From: Pseudomonadota bacterium
GTDB taxonomy: Bacteria > Pseudomonadota > Gammaproteobacteria > Steroidobacterales > Woeseiaceae
Length of the DNA: 64,000 bases
Reading direction: 5' to 3'
Assembly (NCBI GenBank): GCA_039814545.1
Contig: JBCCBB010000004.1
Location: 994 to 64,993 of the forward strand
The notes under the pieces are model-generated. The model saw only the letters and a list, made by a program, of their open reading frames with translations. It made no database searches and was not told the DNA's origin. The translations under genes and the position numbers were made by a program. Within the stretch, counting starts at the first letter, position 1. Each line of letters begins with the position of its first letter. This document shows positions 37,351 to 48,278 of the stretch, piece after piece.

Positions 37351-38268
37351 ATGGCCGACGTCACCATGCGTCAGATGCTGGAAGCGGGCGTTCATTTCGG
37401 ACATCAGACCCGCTACTGGAACCCGAAAATGGCCCCGTTCATTTTCGGCGATCGCAACAAGATTCATATCGTTAACCTCGAACGTACGCTGCCCCTGTTC
37501 CGCGAAGCGCTGAACTATGTGAGCGGCCTGGCGGCTGATGGCGGCAACATCCTGTTCGTGGGCACCAAGCGGTCCGCGCGCGACACGATCGGCGAAGAAG
37601 CGCGCCGTTGTGGCATGCCGTTCGTCAATTACCGTTGGCTCGGCGGCATGCTGACCAACTTCAAGACCATCCGTCAGTCGATCAAGCGCCTCAAGGAGCT
37701 GGAGAGCCTGGGCGAAGGTGGCATGGTCGAGTCGCTGACCAAGAAAGAACTGCTCAACCTGGAGCGCGAGCGCGAGAAGCTCGAGCGCAGCCTGGGCGGC
37801 ATCAAGGACATGGGCGGCCTGCCGGACGCCATGTTCGTGGTCGACGTGGGGCACGAGAACATCGCCATCGACGAAGCACGCAAGCTCGGTATTCCGATCG
37901 TTGCCGTCGTCGACACGAACTGCGCACCCGACGGAATCGACTACGTGATTCCGGGTAACGATGACGCCATGCGCGCCATCAAACTTTACTCCACGGCAAT
38001 CGCTGACGCCGTGCTCGACGGCCGCGCTACGGCGCCGCAGGCAGTGTTGGGCGACGACGACTTCGTCGAGCTCGATGAAGAAGGCAACGTTCGCAAGGCG
38101 GGTGGCAAGGGTCGTGGTGGCCGCAAGCCGGCTGCAAAGCCTGCAAAGGCTGCAGAGCCAGCCGCAGCGGAGCCAGCGGCAGCTGAGCCCGCCGCGGCGG
38201 AAGCGCCCGAGCCGGCGGCCGAGGCCGAAGCGCCTGCCGCTGAAAGCGACGCTAGCACCGACGCCTGA
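37351..38268 (+). CDS. rpsB: 30S ribosomal protein S2 with a 64-aa Ala/Glu/Pro/Lys-rich C-terminal extension
   Basis: [35 protein letters not shown] is canonical S2. The conserved part ends near FVEL, around aa 241. Confidence 0.95.
   Translation: MADVTMRQMLEAGVHFGHQTRYWNPKMAPFIFGDRNKIHIVNLERTLPLFREALNYVSGLAADGGNILFVGTKRSARDTIGEEARRCGMPFVNYRWLGGMLTNFKTIRQSIKRLKELESLGEGGMVESLTKKELLNLEREREKLERSLGGIKDMGGLPDAMFVVDVGHENIAIDEARKLGIPIVAVVDTNCAPDGIDYVIPGNDDAMRAIKLYSTAIADAVLDGRATAPQAVLGDDDFVELDEEGNVRKAGGKGRGGRKPAAKPAKAAEPAAAEPAAAEPAAAEAPEPAAEAEAPAAESDASTDA
38152..38196 (+). repeat. Three tandem 15-bp units encoding (AEPAA)x3 inside the rpsB tail
   Basis: GCAGAGCCAGCCGCA / GCGGAGCCAGCGGCA / GCTGAGCCCGCCGCG, read directly. 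Confidence 0.85.
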
Positions 38269-38347
38269 GGCTCTGCCGCAGGGCAATCTGACACGCTGCC
38301 GGGAACAACGTCCCGGCAGCCTCTAACACCAATACGAGGTAACACTC

Positions 38348-39235
38348 ATGGCTATCACCGCAGCAATGGTCAAAGAACTGCGTGAGCGTACGGGCGTCGG
38401 CATGATGGAGTGCAAGAAGGCACTTGTTAAAGCCGACGGCGACATGGAAGCGGCAGCACAGCTGCTGCGCGAGTCGGGCCAGGCCAAGGCCGACAAGAAG
38501 GCAGGCCGTGTGGCTGCTGAAGGTCGCATCATCGTGCGCCACGGCGACACGGCAGCGATCATCATCGAAGTGAACTGCGAAACCGACTTCGTGGCCGCCG
38601 ACGATAACTTCATCGACTTTGCCGACTCGGTCGCCGCGGTGGCTTTGGACCAGCGCCCGGCTGACGTCGATGCGCTGATGGCAGCTACGTTCGCCGACGG
38701 CGAAACGGTCGAAGCCACGCGCACGGCGCTTATCGCTAAGATCGGTGAGAACATCGGTGTACGTCGGTTCGACATCGTTGAAGCCGGCGACGGCGCACTG
38801 GCGAGCTACACGCATGGCGTCCGCATCGGTGCGCTCGTGGCCGTGGCTGGTGGCGACGACGCGCTGGGCAAGGACCTTGCGATGCACGTGGCGGCCTCGT
38901 CGCCCGTGTGCGTCGACGAAGCTGGCGTCCCGCAGGACACCATCGACAGCGAACGCGCCATACTCGTGGAGCAGGCGAAAGGCAGCGGCAAACCCGACGA
39001 GATCATTGCGAAGATGGTTGACGGGCGTATGCGCAAGTTCCTGGGCGAGATCACGCTCGTGGGACAGCCCTTCGTCAAGGATCCCGACCAGACGGTCGGA
39101 AAACTCCTCAAACAGCACGGCGCGACGGTATCGAGTTTTGTGCGCTATGAGGTGGGCGAGGGCGTTGAAAAGAAAGAAGACAACTTCGCAGAAGAAGTCA
39201 TGGCCCAGGTCGCTGCCGCACAGGGCAAGTCCTGA
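38348..39235 (+). CDS. tsf: Translation elongation factor Ts
   Basis: [27 protein letters not shown] is canonical EF-Ts. Length is 295 aa. Confidence 0.93.
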   Translation: MAITAAMVKELRERTGVGMMECKKALVKADGDMEAAAQLLRESGQAKADKKAGRVAAEGRIIVRHGDTAAIIIEVNCETDFVAADDNFIDFADSVAAVALDQRPADVDALMAATFADGETVEATRTALIAKIGENIGVRRFDIVEAGDGALASYTHGVRIGALVAVAGGDDALGKDLAMHVAASSPVCVDEAGVPQDTIDSERAILVEQAKGSGKPDEIIAKMVDGRMRKFLGEITLVGQPFVKDPDQTVGKLLKQHGATVSSFVRYEVGEGVEKKEDNFAEEVMAQVAAAQGKS

Positions 39236-39325
39236 AGCACTTCGCGATGACCGTTGGCGGCGGGCGCTGGGTTACACTGTCGCCCGCCGCCGTTGCGGCC
39301 ATGACATCACGGAGGCCATCAACGC

Positions 39326-40051
39326 ATGAGTAAGAAGGCGGCACCGATCGCCAAGCGCGTCCTGCTGAAGCTCAGTGGCGAGGCGCTCATGGGGGATCTC
39401 AAATACGGCATCGCTCCGAACGTGATTGGCCGTATCGCGAGCGAAGTGGCCACGATCGTCAACATGGGGGTTGAGGTCGCCATTGTCATTGGCGGTGGGA
39501 ACATCTTCCGCGGTGCGGGCCTGGCCCGTGCAGGCATGGACCGCGTCACGGGCGACCACATGGGCATGCTGGCCACGGTGATGAACGCGCTTGCGATCCA
39601 GGATGCGCTCGAACGACAGGAAGTCTACGCGCGGGTGATGTCTGCGCTGGCCATTAATGATGTCTGCGAGGACTACATCCGTCGACGCGCCATTCGGCAC
39701 CTCGAAAAGGGCCGCGTCGTAGTGCTGGCCGCCGGTACGGGCAACCCGTTTTTCACAACCGATACGGCCGCAAGCCTGCGCGCCATCGAGATCGGTGCGG
39801 ACCTGATGCTCAAAGCCACAAAGGTCAACGGGGTGTACGACAGTGACCCCGCGACGAATCCAGACGCCGAGCAGCTGCCCGAAGTCAGTTTCGATCGTGT
39901 GCTCGCCGACCGGCTCAACGTCATGGATGCGACCGCGATTGTGATGTGCCGCGACAACGCGGTGCCGCTGCGTGTATTCGACATGACAGAACCCGACGCG
40001 CTGGTGCGTGTCATCGAGGGCGAGCCTCTCGGTACGCTCGTTACGGCCTGA
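39326..40051 (+). CDS. pyrH: UMP kinase
   Basis: [40 protein letters not shown]. Confidence 0.93.
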   Translation: MSKKAAPIAKRVLLKLSGEALMGDLKYGIAPNVIGRIASEVATIVNMGVEVAIVIGGGNIFRGAGLARAGMDRVTGDHMGMLATVMNALAIQDALERQEVYARVMSALAINDVCEDYIRRRAIRHLEKGRVVVLAAGTGNPFFTTDTAASLRAIEIGADLMLKATKVNGVYDSDPATNPDAEQLPEVSFDRVLADRLNVMDATAIVMCRDNAVPLRVFDMTEPDALVRVIEGEPLGTLVTA

Positions 40052-40077
40052 AGCCGGGACTGCCTGGGACACCCGAT

Positions 40078-40635
40078 ATGATTGAAGACATCAAAAAAGA
40101 CGCCGCAGAGCGTATGGGCAAGAGCGTCGAGTCGCTTCGCGTCGAGCTGCAGAAGATTCGCACAGGACGTGCGCACACGAGTCTCCTTGATCACATTATG
40201 GTCGAGTATTACGGCAGCGACGTGCCGCTAAACCAGGTCGCCAACCTGGGCGTCGAGGATGCTCGCACGCTCACCGTCACGCCATGGGAGAAGGACATGG
40301 TGGCGAAGGTTGAGAAGGCCATCATGAATTCTGACCTCGGCCTTAACCCGGCATCCGCCGGAACCGTGATTCGCGTGCCCCTGCCGCCGTTGACAGAAGA
40401 ACGTCGTAAAGACCTGATCCGCATCGTACGCAACGAGGCGGAGGGCGGTCGCGTTGCGATCCGCAATATCCGCCGAGACGCGCTCAACGATTTCAAGGAC
40501 CTGCTTAAGGAAAAGGAAATTGGCGAAGACGATGAGCGACGCGCCGCGGACGACGTGCAAACCCTGACCGATACCTACGTCGGCCAGGTGGACGCGTTGC
40601 TGTCCGAGAAAGAAACCGAACTTATGGAAATCTGA
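40078..40635 (+). CDS. frr: Ribosome recycling factor
   Basis: ATG 40078 ([32 protein letters not shown]); the track ORF opens at 39946 inside pyrH. Confidence 0.93.
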   Translation: MIEDIKKDAAERMGKSVESLRVELQKIRTGRAHTSLLDHIMVEYYGSDVPLNQVANLGVEDARTLTVTPWEKDMVAKVEKAIMNSDLGLNPASAGTVIRVPLPPLTEERRKDLIRIVRNEAEGGRVAIRNIRRDALNDFKDLLKEKEIGEDDERRAADDVQTLTDTYVGQVDALLSEKETELMEI

Positions 40636-40647
40636 GTCACTCGGACC

Positions 40648-41403
40648 ATGTCGGATCGCGATACGCCAAGCCACCTGGTGCACGTGCCACAACACGTGGC
40701 CGTCATCATGGACGGCAACGGTCGCTGGGCGCGACGGCGTGGTTTGCCCCGTCATCTGGGTCACCGCGCCGGTGTCAAGGCGGTGCGCGCGACCGTGCGT
40801 CGTTGCGGCGAGCTCGGCGTTGACTACCTGACCCTGTTCGCATTCTCGAGCGAAAACTGGTCGCGACCGCGCGACGAAGTCGTGGGCCTCATGAAGTTGT
40901 TCCTCGACGCGCTGCAGCGAGAAGTTGCTGAGTTGCATGAGAACAAGGTCCGCCTGCGGTTCATTGGTGACCTGTCACGATTGTCGGACCGTCTGCGGCG
41001 CGGGATGCAGGACGCCGAGCGGCTTACCCGGGATAACACGGGTCTGTCGCTGCAGGTCGCTGTCGGCTTTGGCGGACGGTGGGATATCGTCGAGGCGGCT
41101 CGCGAGCTGGCCGAACGCGCCCGATCGGGCACGCTCGATCCCGCGGAACTCAACGAGCAGCACGTCAGCGATAGCTTGTCGCTCTCGGGCTGCCCTGACC
41201 CTGATCTCATGATCCGCACGGGCGGTGAGCAGCGCATCAGCAATTTCTTACTCTGGCACGCGGCGTACGCCGAGCTGTTCTTTTGCGACACGCTGTGGCC
41301 CGATTTCGATACGGACGCGCTGGAACAGGCGCTGACGTGGTTCGGCAGTCGCGAGCGGCGCTTTGGCCGCGTGGAGACGCTTCCGAAAGAAGAGGCCAGT
41401 TGA
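40648..41403 (+). CDS. uppS: Ditrans,polycis-undecaprenyl-diphosphate synthase
   Basis: HVAVIMDGNGRWA..LTLFAFSSENWSRP..RTGGEQRISNFLLWHAAYAELFF. Confidence 0.92.
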   Translation: MSDRDTPSHLVHVPQHVAVIMDGNGRWARRRGLPRHLGHRAGVKAVRATVRRCGELGVDYLTLFAFSSENWSRPRDEVVGLMKLFLDALQREVAELHENKVRLRFIGDLSRLSDRLRRGMQDAERLTRDNTGLSLQVAVGFGGRWDIVEAARELAERARSGTLDPAELNEQHVSDSLSLSGCPDPDLMIRTGGEQRISNFLLWHAAYAELFFCDTLWPDFDTDALEQALTWFGSRERRFGRVETLPKEEAS

Positions 41404-41404
41404 C

Positions 41405-42217
41405 GTGCTGCGCGCTCGCTTCATCACCGCCGTTTGCGCGCTGGCGGCCATCTTCCTGGTGCTCTTCGTGCTGCCACCTGTCGTGGTCTCGCCGGTGATT
41501 CTTCTCGTCATCACGGGTGCGGCCTGGGAATGGTCCCGGCTTGCGGGGCTAGAGTCAGCGCTGCCGCGTGCCACTTACATCCTGGCTATCGCGGCCATGA
41601 CGGCCGTGGCATCAATTACCTGGCCCAGCGCGACCTTCGGACCGCTGCTGGTTGCCGCAGGCATCTGGTGGTTGATCGCCTTTGTGCTTGTGGTGCGCTA
41701 CCCCGTCAAGGTGCCTAGCGCCCTGGTCTTGCTCGGCGGACCGCTGACACTGGTACCGGCAGGGTTCGCGCTCATCGCGCTGACGCGCAACGACATGTTG
41801 TCCACGTTGGACGGCGCGAGCCTGTTGTTATTTGTGCTCGTGACAATATGGGGCGCCGATGTCGGTGCCTACTTCGCGGGCCGTGCTTTGGGCAAACGCA
41901 AACTCGCACCACACGTCAGCCCCAACAAGACCTGGGAGGGGGTGTTCGGCGGGCTCGCGCTTGTGGCCCTCATCGGCGTTGTCGGAGCGTGGATCACGGG
42001 GCTCGCGTGGTTCCGCCTCGTACCCCTGTGCATGGCCGTGGCGGCCATTTCGATCGTGGGTGACCTGACCGTGAGCCTGTTCAAGCGTGAGGCCGGAATT
42101 AAGGACTCGGGCACCCTGTTCCCCGGGCACGGCGGCATACTGGACCGCATAGACAGCATCGCAGCGGGTACGCCGTTGTTCGTGGCGGGCATCTACCTCG
42201 GGCATGGACCATGGTAG
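41405..42217 (+). CDS. cdsA: Phosphatidate cytidylyltransferase
   Basis: GTG 41405 lies next to the uppS stop; the track ORF opens at 41363. The signature is SLFKREAGIKDSGTLFPGHGGILDRIDS. Confidence 0.85.
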   Translation: MLRARFITAVCALAAIFLVLFVLPPVVVSPVILLVITGAAWEWSRLAGLESALPRATYILAIAAMTAVASITWPSATFGPLLVAAGIWWLIAFVLVVRYPVKVPSALVLLGGPLTLVPAGFALIALTRNDMLSTLDGASLLLFVLVTIWGADVGAYFAGRALGKRKLAPHVSPNKTWEGVFGGLALVALIGVVGAWITGLAWFRLVPLCMAVAAISIVGDLTVSLFKREAGIKDSGTLFPGHGGILDRIDSIAAGTPLFVAGIYLGHGPW

Positions 42218-42356
42218 TCGCGGGCGCTGACTTAAGCCCACGGGGCCCCTCGTGTATCGTTTCTGACTGCATTGAGATGCCAGCGGCCCGGGAACGATGG
42301 GTGCCGGGCATGGTCTGTAACGTCGGTGACGTGCCGAGCGCGCGGAGGGGCCACGA

Positions 42357-43730
42357 ATGACAGTACTAGGCTATGTGTTTGCGCTGATCCTGACGATCAG
42401 TCTGCTCGTTGCTGTGCACGAATTCGGGCATTTCATCGTGGCGCGCTGGTGCGGCATCAAGGTGCTGCGTTTTTCGATCGGTTTCGGAAAGCCCATCTGG
42501 CGCTATCAGCGTGACCCCGACGACACCGAGTACTGCATCAGCGTGCTACCGCTGGGTGGTTACGTCAAAATGCTGGACGAGCGCGAGGGCAACGTCTCGG
42601 CGCGTGATGCCGGTCGAAGTTTTAACGCTCAGCCTGTCTGGCAACGTATTGCCGTTCTACTCGCCGGACCCGCGTTCAATTTCATTTTTGCGATCGCCGC
42701 CTACTGGTTGATCCTCGTGCTCGGGACGATGGTCACACGGCCCGTGGTTGGCGAGGTCGCGCCGGGTTCGCCGGCCGACGTCGCAGGCCTTCAGTACGGC
42801 GATGTTATCGCGTCCGTTGGCGGCCGTTCGATCGAGAGCTGGCAGGGCGGCCTGCAGGTGCTCGTTGACGAACTGGTCGACGATGCTCAGATCCCGCTGA
42901 CGATCGACCGTGAAGGTGAGGCCAGCTTTGACACCATGCTCGTGGCCAGCGCCGAAACGGCGCGCTTGAGCGAGCCCGGCAAATTGTTCGAGGGTCTCGG
43001 GTTCGGGGTCTGGTCGCCGCGCCCGATTATTGGTGAAGTGACCCCCGATACGCCGGCCGCAGCGGCCGGAATCCAGACGGGCGATCGCGTCCTCACGGTA
43101 GACGGAGAAGCGGTGACGACCTGGAATCAGGTGGTACAACGCATTCGCGCCGCGGGCGAGTCGTCGCTTCAGATCAGCCTGGAGCGCGGCGATCAGGTCG
43201 TCGATGTGTCGGTGACACCGCGCCTCGTCGACACCGAAGAGGGTCGCGTGGCCAGGATCGGTGCTGCCAATTTTGTGGGCCCGGATTCCCAGCCAAAAAA
43301 CCTCTACGTCGAGAAGCGCCTCGGTGCGGTCGACGCCTTTCCTGCTGCGGTTGTAAAGACGGGTGAGCTAACGATGTTCACCCTCGAGATGTTCGGCCGC
43401 ATGATCACTGGCTCCGTGTCGACCAAAAACATCTCGGGCCCGATAAACATCGCCGAGTACGCCGGCTTCACCTTGAGCCGCGGATTCGTCGACTTTCTGG
43501 ATTTTCTGGCGCTGGTCAGCGTCAGCCTGGGTGTCCTTAATCTGCTGCCCGTGCCGATGCTCGACGGTGGACAGATTGTCTATCAGTCCGTTGAGGGCAT
43601 CACGGGACGCCCGCTCTCCGAGCGTCTGCAAATGCTCGGCCACCAGGTCGGCCTGTTCCTACTTGTCGGGGTCATGAGCCTCGCCTTCTACAACGATATC
43701 GCCCGCGTCGTCGAACGTTTTCTGAGCTGA
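42357..43730 (+). CDS. rseP: Sigma-E protease regulator RseP (site-2 zinc metalloprotease)
   Basis: The HEFGH zinc motif sits in TM1 (LLVAVHEFGHFIVAR). Two PDZ-like segments and the C-terminal LNLLPVPMLDGG are present. Confidence 0.9.
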   Translation: MTVLGYVFALILTISLLVAVHEFGHFIVARWCGIKVLRFSIGFGKPIWRYQRDPDDTEYCISVLPLGGYVKMLDEREGNVSARDAGRSFNAQPVWQRIAVLLAGPAFNFIFAIAAYWLILVLGTMVTRPVVGEVAPGSPADVAGLQYGDVIASVGGRSIESWQGGLQVLVDELVDDAQIPLTIDREGEASFDTMLVASAETARLSEPGKLFEGLGFGVWSPRPIIGEVTPDTPAAAAGIQTGDRVLTVDGEAVTTWNQVVQRIRAAGESSLQISLERGDQVVDVSVTPRLVDTEEGRVARIGAANFVGPDSQPKNLYVEKRLGAVDAFPAAVVKTGELTMFTLEMFGRMITGSVSTKNISGPINIAEYAGFTLSRGFVDFLDFLALVSVSLGVLNLLPVPMLDGGQIVYQSVEGITGRPLSERLQMLGHQVGLFLLVGVMSLAFYNDIARVVERFLS

Positions 43731-43741
43731 TCGCCATAACC

Positions 43742-46210
43742 ATGCACACCGAATCCCGAGCCGTTATTCCGGCCCATCGTTTCGCTGGCCTACGCCACCG
43801 CCTGCTGTGGCTCCTGGCGCCGGTCCTGATGCTTGTAGCCACCACGGCGGACGCCTTCGAAGCATTCGAAGTGCGGAATTTTCGTGTGGAGGGGCTGCAG
43901 CGCATTGCGGAAGGTACCGTGTACAACTACCTGCCCGTAAACATTGGCGACGTGGTCGATGAGGTTCGAGCCCGCGAGGCCATTCGCGCTTTGTACAGCG
44001 GCGGTGACGGCCTTTTCGACACCGTGGAATTGCGCCGCGATGGCAACACGCTCGTTATTGTCGTCGCGGAGCGCCCGTCGATTGAGAGCTTCTCGATTGA
44101 GGGCAATAAGGACATCAAGACTGAAGACCTCATGGACTCGCTGCGCTCCGTGGGTCTCGCGCGCGGCAAGACCTTTGACCGCTCGGTGCTCGACGAGGTC
44201 ACCCAGTTCCTCGTCGACCAGTACTACAGCCGTGGCAAGTACGGCGTCGCTGTCGAGGCCGACGTCGAGGAACGCCCGAACAACGCGGTCGCCATCAACA
44301 TTGATGTGAACGAGGGCGAGCGCGCGCGCATTCGTCAGATCAACGTGATCGGCAACACCATCTTCAACGACGAAGAGCTCGTTGGTCAGTTTGAGCTCAA
44401 GACGCCCAATTGGTTGTCGTGGCTGCGCCAGGACGACCGTTACTCACGCGAAGCGCTAACCGGTGACCTGGAGACGCTGTCGAGCTACTACCTCGATCGC
44501 GGCTATGCCGACTTCCGCGTGACCTCGACGCAGGTCGCAATCTCGCCGGACCGAAAGGACGTATTCATCACGGTCAATGTGTCCGAAGGCGACGTCTACA
44601 AAATTAACGACATCAAGATTGCCGGCAAGCTCGTGGTTGAGGAAGAGCTGCTCATGCAGCTGGTGCTCACCAAGCCGGGTGACATCTTCAACCAGCGCAT
44701 GCTGACTCAGACGACGGAGCTCATGACGCTGCGACTTGGCGCAGATGGCTACGCGGATGCCGAAATCGAATTTGCGCCCGAGCTCGATCGCGACGGCAAG
44801 ACCGTCGACGTCACGATCTTCGTCGAACCCAACAACCGCATCTACGTTCGCAACATCAACTTTGACGGCATCGACCAGGTCAACGACGAAGTGCTACGCC
44901 GCGAGGTGCGCCAGATGGAAGGCGCCTACCTCTCGAACCAGCTGCTGGACCGTTCGAAGATCCGCCTGCAACGTTTGCCTTACCTTGAGACGGTCGATTT
45001 CGACACCGTGCCGGTGCCGGGCGTCAATGACCAGGTCGATATCGTGTTCGACATCGAGTACGGCCTGCCGGGTCAGTTTGGTGGTGGTTTGGGTTACTCA
45101 GAAACTCAGAAGCTGCTGCTCAACGGTAACTTCACGCACACAAACTTCATGGGCACGGGCAACCGTGTCAGTGCCGATATCAATTCCAGCCGGTTCCAGA
45201 ATCTCTACAGCCTGTCCTACACAGATCCTTACGTGACGATGGACGGCGTGCGCCGCACCGTGTCGTTGTCGTACCGGGATTTTGAGCAGTTCAATGACTC
45301 TTCGTCCGATCTTTCGACGGAGACCCTGACGGCGGCATTGGAGTACAGCTATCCGCTGTCGGAATTCCAGAGCGTTAGCCTGGGCGTGGCGCTGCAGCGT
45401 GCGCGACTGGTCGCGTCGGAGAGTGACCAGGGACAGTTCTCGACGCAGCAGGCCATTGACTGGATCAGGCAGAACGGTGACGCGAACATCACAGAGATCG
45501 AGGACCCATTCTTCGGCAACCTGACCGTGTACACGAGCGAATTCGATACCTACGAGCTCATCGCGGGCTGGGGCTTTGACAGCCGCAACCGAGCGCTCTT
45601 CGCGGACAGGGGCTCGCGCCACCGCCTGTCGTTTGCTTACGCGGTCCCGGGTTCAGATGTTGAGTACTGGACCTTCCGTTACGACGGGGTCAAGCTCGTG
45701 CCGCTTTGGGGCCAGTGGACGCTGTCTTTCTCCGCGGATCTCGCGTTTGGTGAAGGTCTCGGAGCCACAACGGCATTGCCGCCCTACAAGCTGTTCCGTA
45801 CGGGCGGCCCAGGATCTGTGCGCGGCTTCCGCGAGTTTGACCTGGGTCCGCGTGACAGTTTTGGGCGCCCTTATGGCGGCAACGTGCTCGTGACCGGCCA
45901 GGCTGAGTTGTTCCTGCCGATGCCTGAGCGCTTCCGTGGACGCGGTCGCGCCGCCCTGTTTTACGACGTCGGCAACGTGTTCAGTAACGGGGAAATTCAG
46001 TTTACGGACCGCCTCGGTGCGGACCTGATCGACTACAGTTTCGATGCAGATCAGCTCAAGCAATCGGTCGGCGTGGCCGTCGAATGGCTCGCGCCGCTCG
46101 GTCTGTTCCGTTTCAGCTACGCGTACCCGCTCAACGAGTTTGGCGGCAACGACCGCATTTTCGGCGACGACGTGGAGCGCTTTCAGTTTACAATTGGACA
46201 AGCTTTCTGA
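43742..46210 (+). CDS. bamA: Outer membrane protein assembly factor BamA
   Basis: 822 aa. POTRA repeats start at FEVRNFRVEGLQRI, and the barrel ends in ..RFQFTIGQAF, with a C-terminal aromatic residue. Confidence 0.92.
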   Translation: MHTESRAVIPAHRFAGLRHRLLWLLAPVLMLVATTADAFEAFEVRNFRVEGLQRIAEGTVYNYLPVNIGDVVDEVRAREAIRALYSGGDGLFDTVELRRDGNTLVIVVAERPSIESFSIEGNKDIKTEDLMDSLRSVGLARGKTFDRSVLDEVTQFLVDQYYSRGKYGVAVEADVEERPNNAVAINIDVNEGERARIRQINVIGNTIFNDEELVGQFELKTPNWLSWLRQDDRYSREALTGDLETLSSYYLDRGYADFRVTSTQVAISPDRKDVFITVNVSEGDVYKINDIKIAGKLVVEEELLMQLVLTKPGDIFNQRMLTQTTELMTLRLGADGYADAEIEFAPELDRDGKTVDVTIFVEPNNRIYVRNINFDGIDQVNDEVLRREVRQMEGAYLSNQLLDRSKIRLQRLPYLETVDFDTVPVPGVNDQVDIVFDIEYGLPGQFGGGLGYSETQKLLLNGNFTHTNFMGTGNRVSADINSSRFQNLYSLSYTDPYVTMDGVRRTVSLSYRDFEQFNDSSSDLSTETLTAALEYSYPLSEFQSVSLGVALQRARLVASESDQGQFSTQQAIDWIRQNGDANITEIEDPFFGNLTVYTSEFDTYELIAGWGFDSRNRALFADRGSRHRLSFAYAVPGSDVEYWTFRYDGVKLVPLWGQWTLSFSADLAFGEGLGATTALPPYKLFRTGGPGSVRGFREFDLGPRDSFGRPYGGNVLVTGQAELFLPMPERFRGRGRAALFYDVGNVFSNGEIQFTDRLGADLIDYSFDADQLKQSVGVAVEWLAPLGLFRFSYAYPLNEFGGNDRIFGDDVERFQFTIGQAF

Positions 46211-46223
46211 GGGAAATCACACC

Positions 46224-46769
46224 ATGTTCGACCTGACTCATCGCACCCGGCTTCTGTTTGCAGCGCTGCTGCTGGCAGCGCTCGGTGTATCGCCCGTGGC
46301 GTCGGCGCAGGAACTCAAGATAGGCGTCGTCAACGTACAGGCGTTGTTGCAGCAGGCGCCGCAGACCAAGGCCTCGCTCGAAGCCCTGCAGGAGGAGTTC
46401 GCACCGCGGGAGCGCACGGTACTCGCCAAGCAGAAAGAGCTCGAAGAACTTAGCGAGAAAGCACAACGCGACCTCGCGGTGATGGGCGAAGAAGAACGCC
46501 GCAGCATGGAGCGCCAGCTGCGCGACGGCCGCCGCGACCTCGAGCGCCTGCAGGCGGAGTTCGTTGAGGAGAGCAACCTGCGCCGCAATGAAGAGCTGGC
46601 CAAGCTCCAGCGCGTTTTGTTGCAGCAGGTGGACACCTACGCACGTGAGAATGGCTACGACATCATTTTCGGTGACGGTGTCATCTTCGCGAGCGGACGC
46701 ACCAATATCACGCGCGCTGTACTCGACAAGCTCACGTCTGACTTTGAGACCGCGGCTGGCGGCGACTGA
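46224..46769 (+). CDS. skp: Periplasmic chaperone Skp (OmpH family)
   Basis: ATG 46224, signal peptide LLFAALLLAALGVSPVASA, then KIGVVNVQALLQQAPQ and coiled-coil E/R/L-rich arms. Confidence 0.85.
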   Translation: MFDLTHRTRLLFAALLLAALGVSPVASAQELKIGVVNVQALLQQAPQTKASLEALQEEFAPRERTVLAKQKELEELSEKAQRDLAVMGEEERRSMERQLRDGRRDLERLQAEFVEESNLRRNEELAKLQRVLLQQVDTYARENGYDIIFGDGVIFASGRTNITRAVLDKLTSDFETAAGGD

Positions 46770-46782
46770 TTCCGGCCCTGCC

Positions 46783-47817
46783 GTGACCGAGCTGTGTGTC
46801 GGTGATCTCGCGGTGCAGTTTGGCTGCGAGGTTCAGGGCGATCCAGCGACCCGGGTCTCCCGCGTCGCCACCCTTGCGAACGCCGATGCGGCGTCGCTCG
46901 CGTTTCTCGCCAATCCGAGCTATCGGCAGCAGCTCGCGTCGACGGCGGCCGCCGCCGTCGTAGTCGCTGAAGCGGACGCCGATGCGGTGCCGTCCACAGC
47001 GATTATCGCGACCGACCCTTACCTCACGTATGCCCGCATGGCCGGGGTCTTGTACCCCGCCGCAGCGGCGCAACCCGGGATTGGGCCTGGTGCGCAGGTC
47101 GACGCCACGGCGAGTGTCGATCCCAGCGCCGAAATTGGCCCCAATGCTGTCATTGGTGCGGGGTCTGTCATCGCTGCGCACGTGGTGATCGGAGCCGGGA
47201 CGGTGGTCGGTCGTCATTCGAAGATTGGCGAGGCCACGCGGCTCGCGCCCAACGTCACCATCATGGATGACGTTGTTATGGGTGTGCGCTGTGTCGTGCA
47301 CTCGGGCGCGGTCATTGGCAGCGACGGCTTCGGAATTGCCCGCGGCCCGGCCGGTTGGGAGCGCGTTCCGCAGGTCGGAGGCGTGATCATCGGCGACGAC
47401 GTCGACGTGGGCGCTTCGACGAGCATCGACCGGGGCGCCATCGAGCCCACGTGCATCGGCAACGGCGTCAAGCTCGATAACCAGATCCAGATCGGCCACA
47501 ACACGGTCATTGGTGAGCACACCGTGATGGCCGGCATGGTGGGCATTGCCGGTTCCACGACCATTGGCGCCAATTGCGCCTTCGGTGGCAATAGCGGCAC
47601 CACGGGGCACCTCAGCATCGCAGATGGCGTTATCATTACGGCGCGCTGTACGGTCACGGGCGACATCGACGCGCCCGGCACCTTCGGTGGAGTATTCCCT
47701 CACGAGGACATCCGCTCGCACCAGCGCAACGTGGCCCGCTACCGCCAGCTCGATAAGCTTGCGCGCCGTTTGTCGGCGCTCGAGAAGCGCCTGAAGCACA
47801 ACGAGAACACAGAATGA
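46783..47817 (+). CDS. lpxD: UDP-3-O-(3-hydroxyacyl)glucosamine N-acyltransferase
   Basis: GTG 46783 ([14 protein letters not shown]); the track ORF opens at 46564 inside skp. Long hexapeptide-repeat region, including [15 protein letters not shown]. Confidence 0.88.
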   Translation: MTELCVGDLAVQFGCEVQGDPATRVSRVATLANADAASLAFLANPSYRQQLASTAAAAVVVAEADADAVPSTAIIATDPYLTYARMAGVLYPAAAAQPGIGPGAQVDATASVDPSAEIGPNAVIGAGSVIAAHVVIGAGTVVGRHSKIGEATRLAPNVTIMDDVVMGVRCVVHSGAVIGSDGFGIARGPAGWERVPQVGGVIIGDDVDVGASTSIDRGAIEPTCIGNGVKLDNQIQIGHNTVIGEHTVMAGMVGIAGSTTIGANCAFGGNSGTTGHLSIADGVIITARCTVTGDIDAPGTFGGVFPHEDIRSHQRNVARYRQLDKLARRLSALEKRLKHNENTE

Positions 47818-48275
47818 GCGAGATCAATTTCGCCGACCAGCTCGACATTCGAAAGATCATGTCGCTGATCCCGCACCGCTACCCGTTTTTGCTCATCGAC
47901 CGCGTATTGTCGTGCGAGCCCGGCGAGTCGGTTGTGGCCCTCAAGAACGTCACGTTCAATGAGCCTTTCTTCCAGGGGCACTTCCCAGGCCGGCCCGTCA
48001 TGCCCGGCGTACTCATTATTGAGGCGCTCGCGCAGGCAACCGGCATCCTGGCATTCGCCACGGTCGGCGAGGGTCCCGGCGAGGGACGCCTCTATTACTT
48101 CGTGGGTATTGACAAGGCGCGCTTCCGCCAGCCCGTCGAGCCCGGTGATCAACTTCGCCTGGAGGCGAAACTGATCCGGCGCATTCGCTCCGTGTGGCGG
48201 TTTGAGGCCACGGCCTGGGTTGGCGACACCAAAGTCGCCTCGGCCGAGCTCATGTGCGCACCCGGCGAGGCCTGA
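47814..48275 (+). CDS. fabZ: 3-hydroxyacyl-ACP dehydratase FabZ
   Basis: [37 protein letters not shown]. Confidence 0.93.
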   Translation: MSEINFADQLDIRKIMSLIPHRYPFLLIDRVLSCEPGESVVALKNVTFNEPFFQGHFPGRPVMPGVLIIEALAQATGILAFATVGEGPGEGRLYYFVGIDKARFRQPVEPGDQLRLEAKLIRRIRSVWRFEATAWVGDTKVASAELMCAPGEA

Positions 48276-48278
48276 TCC

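Noticed and set aside
38152-38196. Tandem repeats as a possible CRISPR or VNTR locus
   Set aside because: There are only three 15-bp in-frame units inside rpsB, with no spacers and no cas genes. This is a coding low-complexity repeat.
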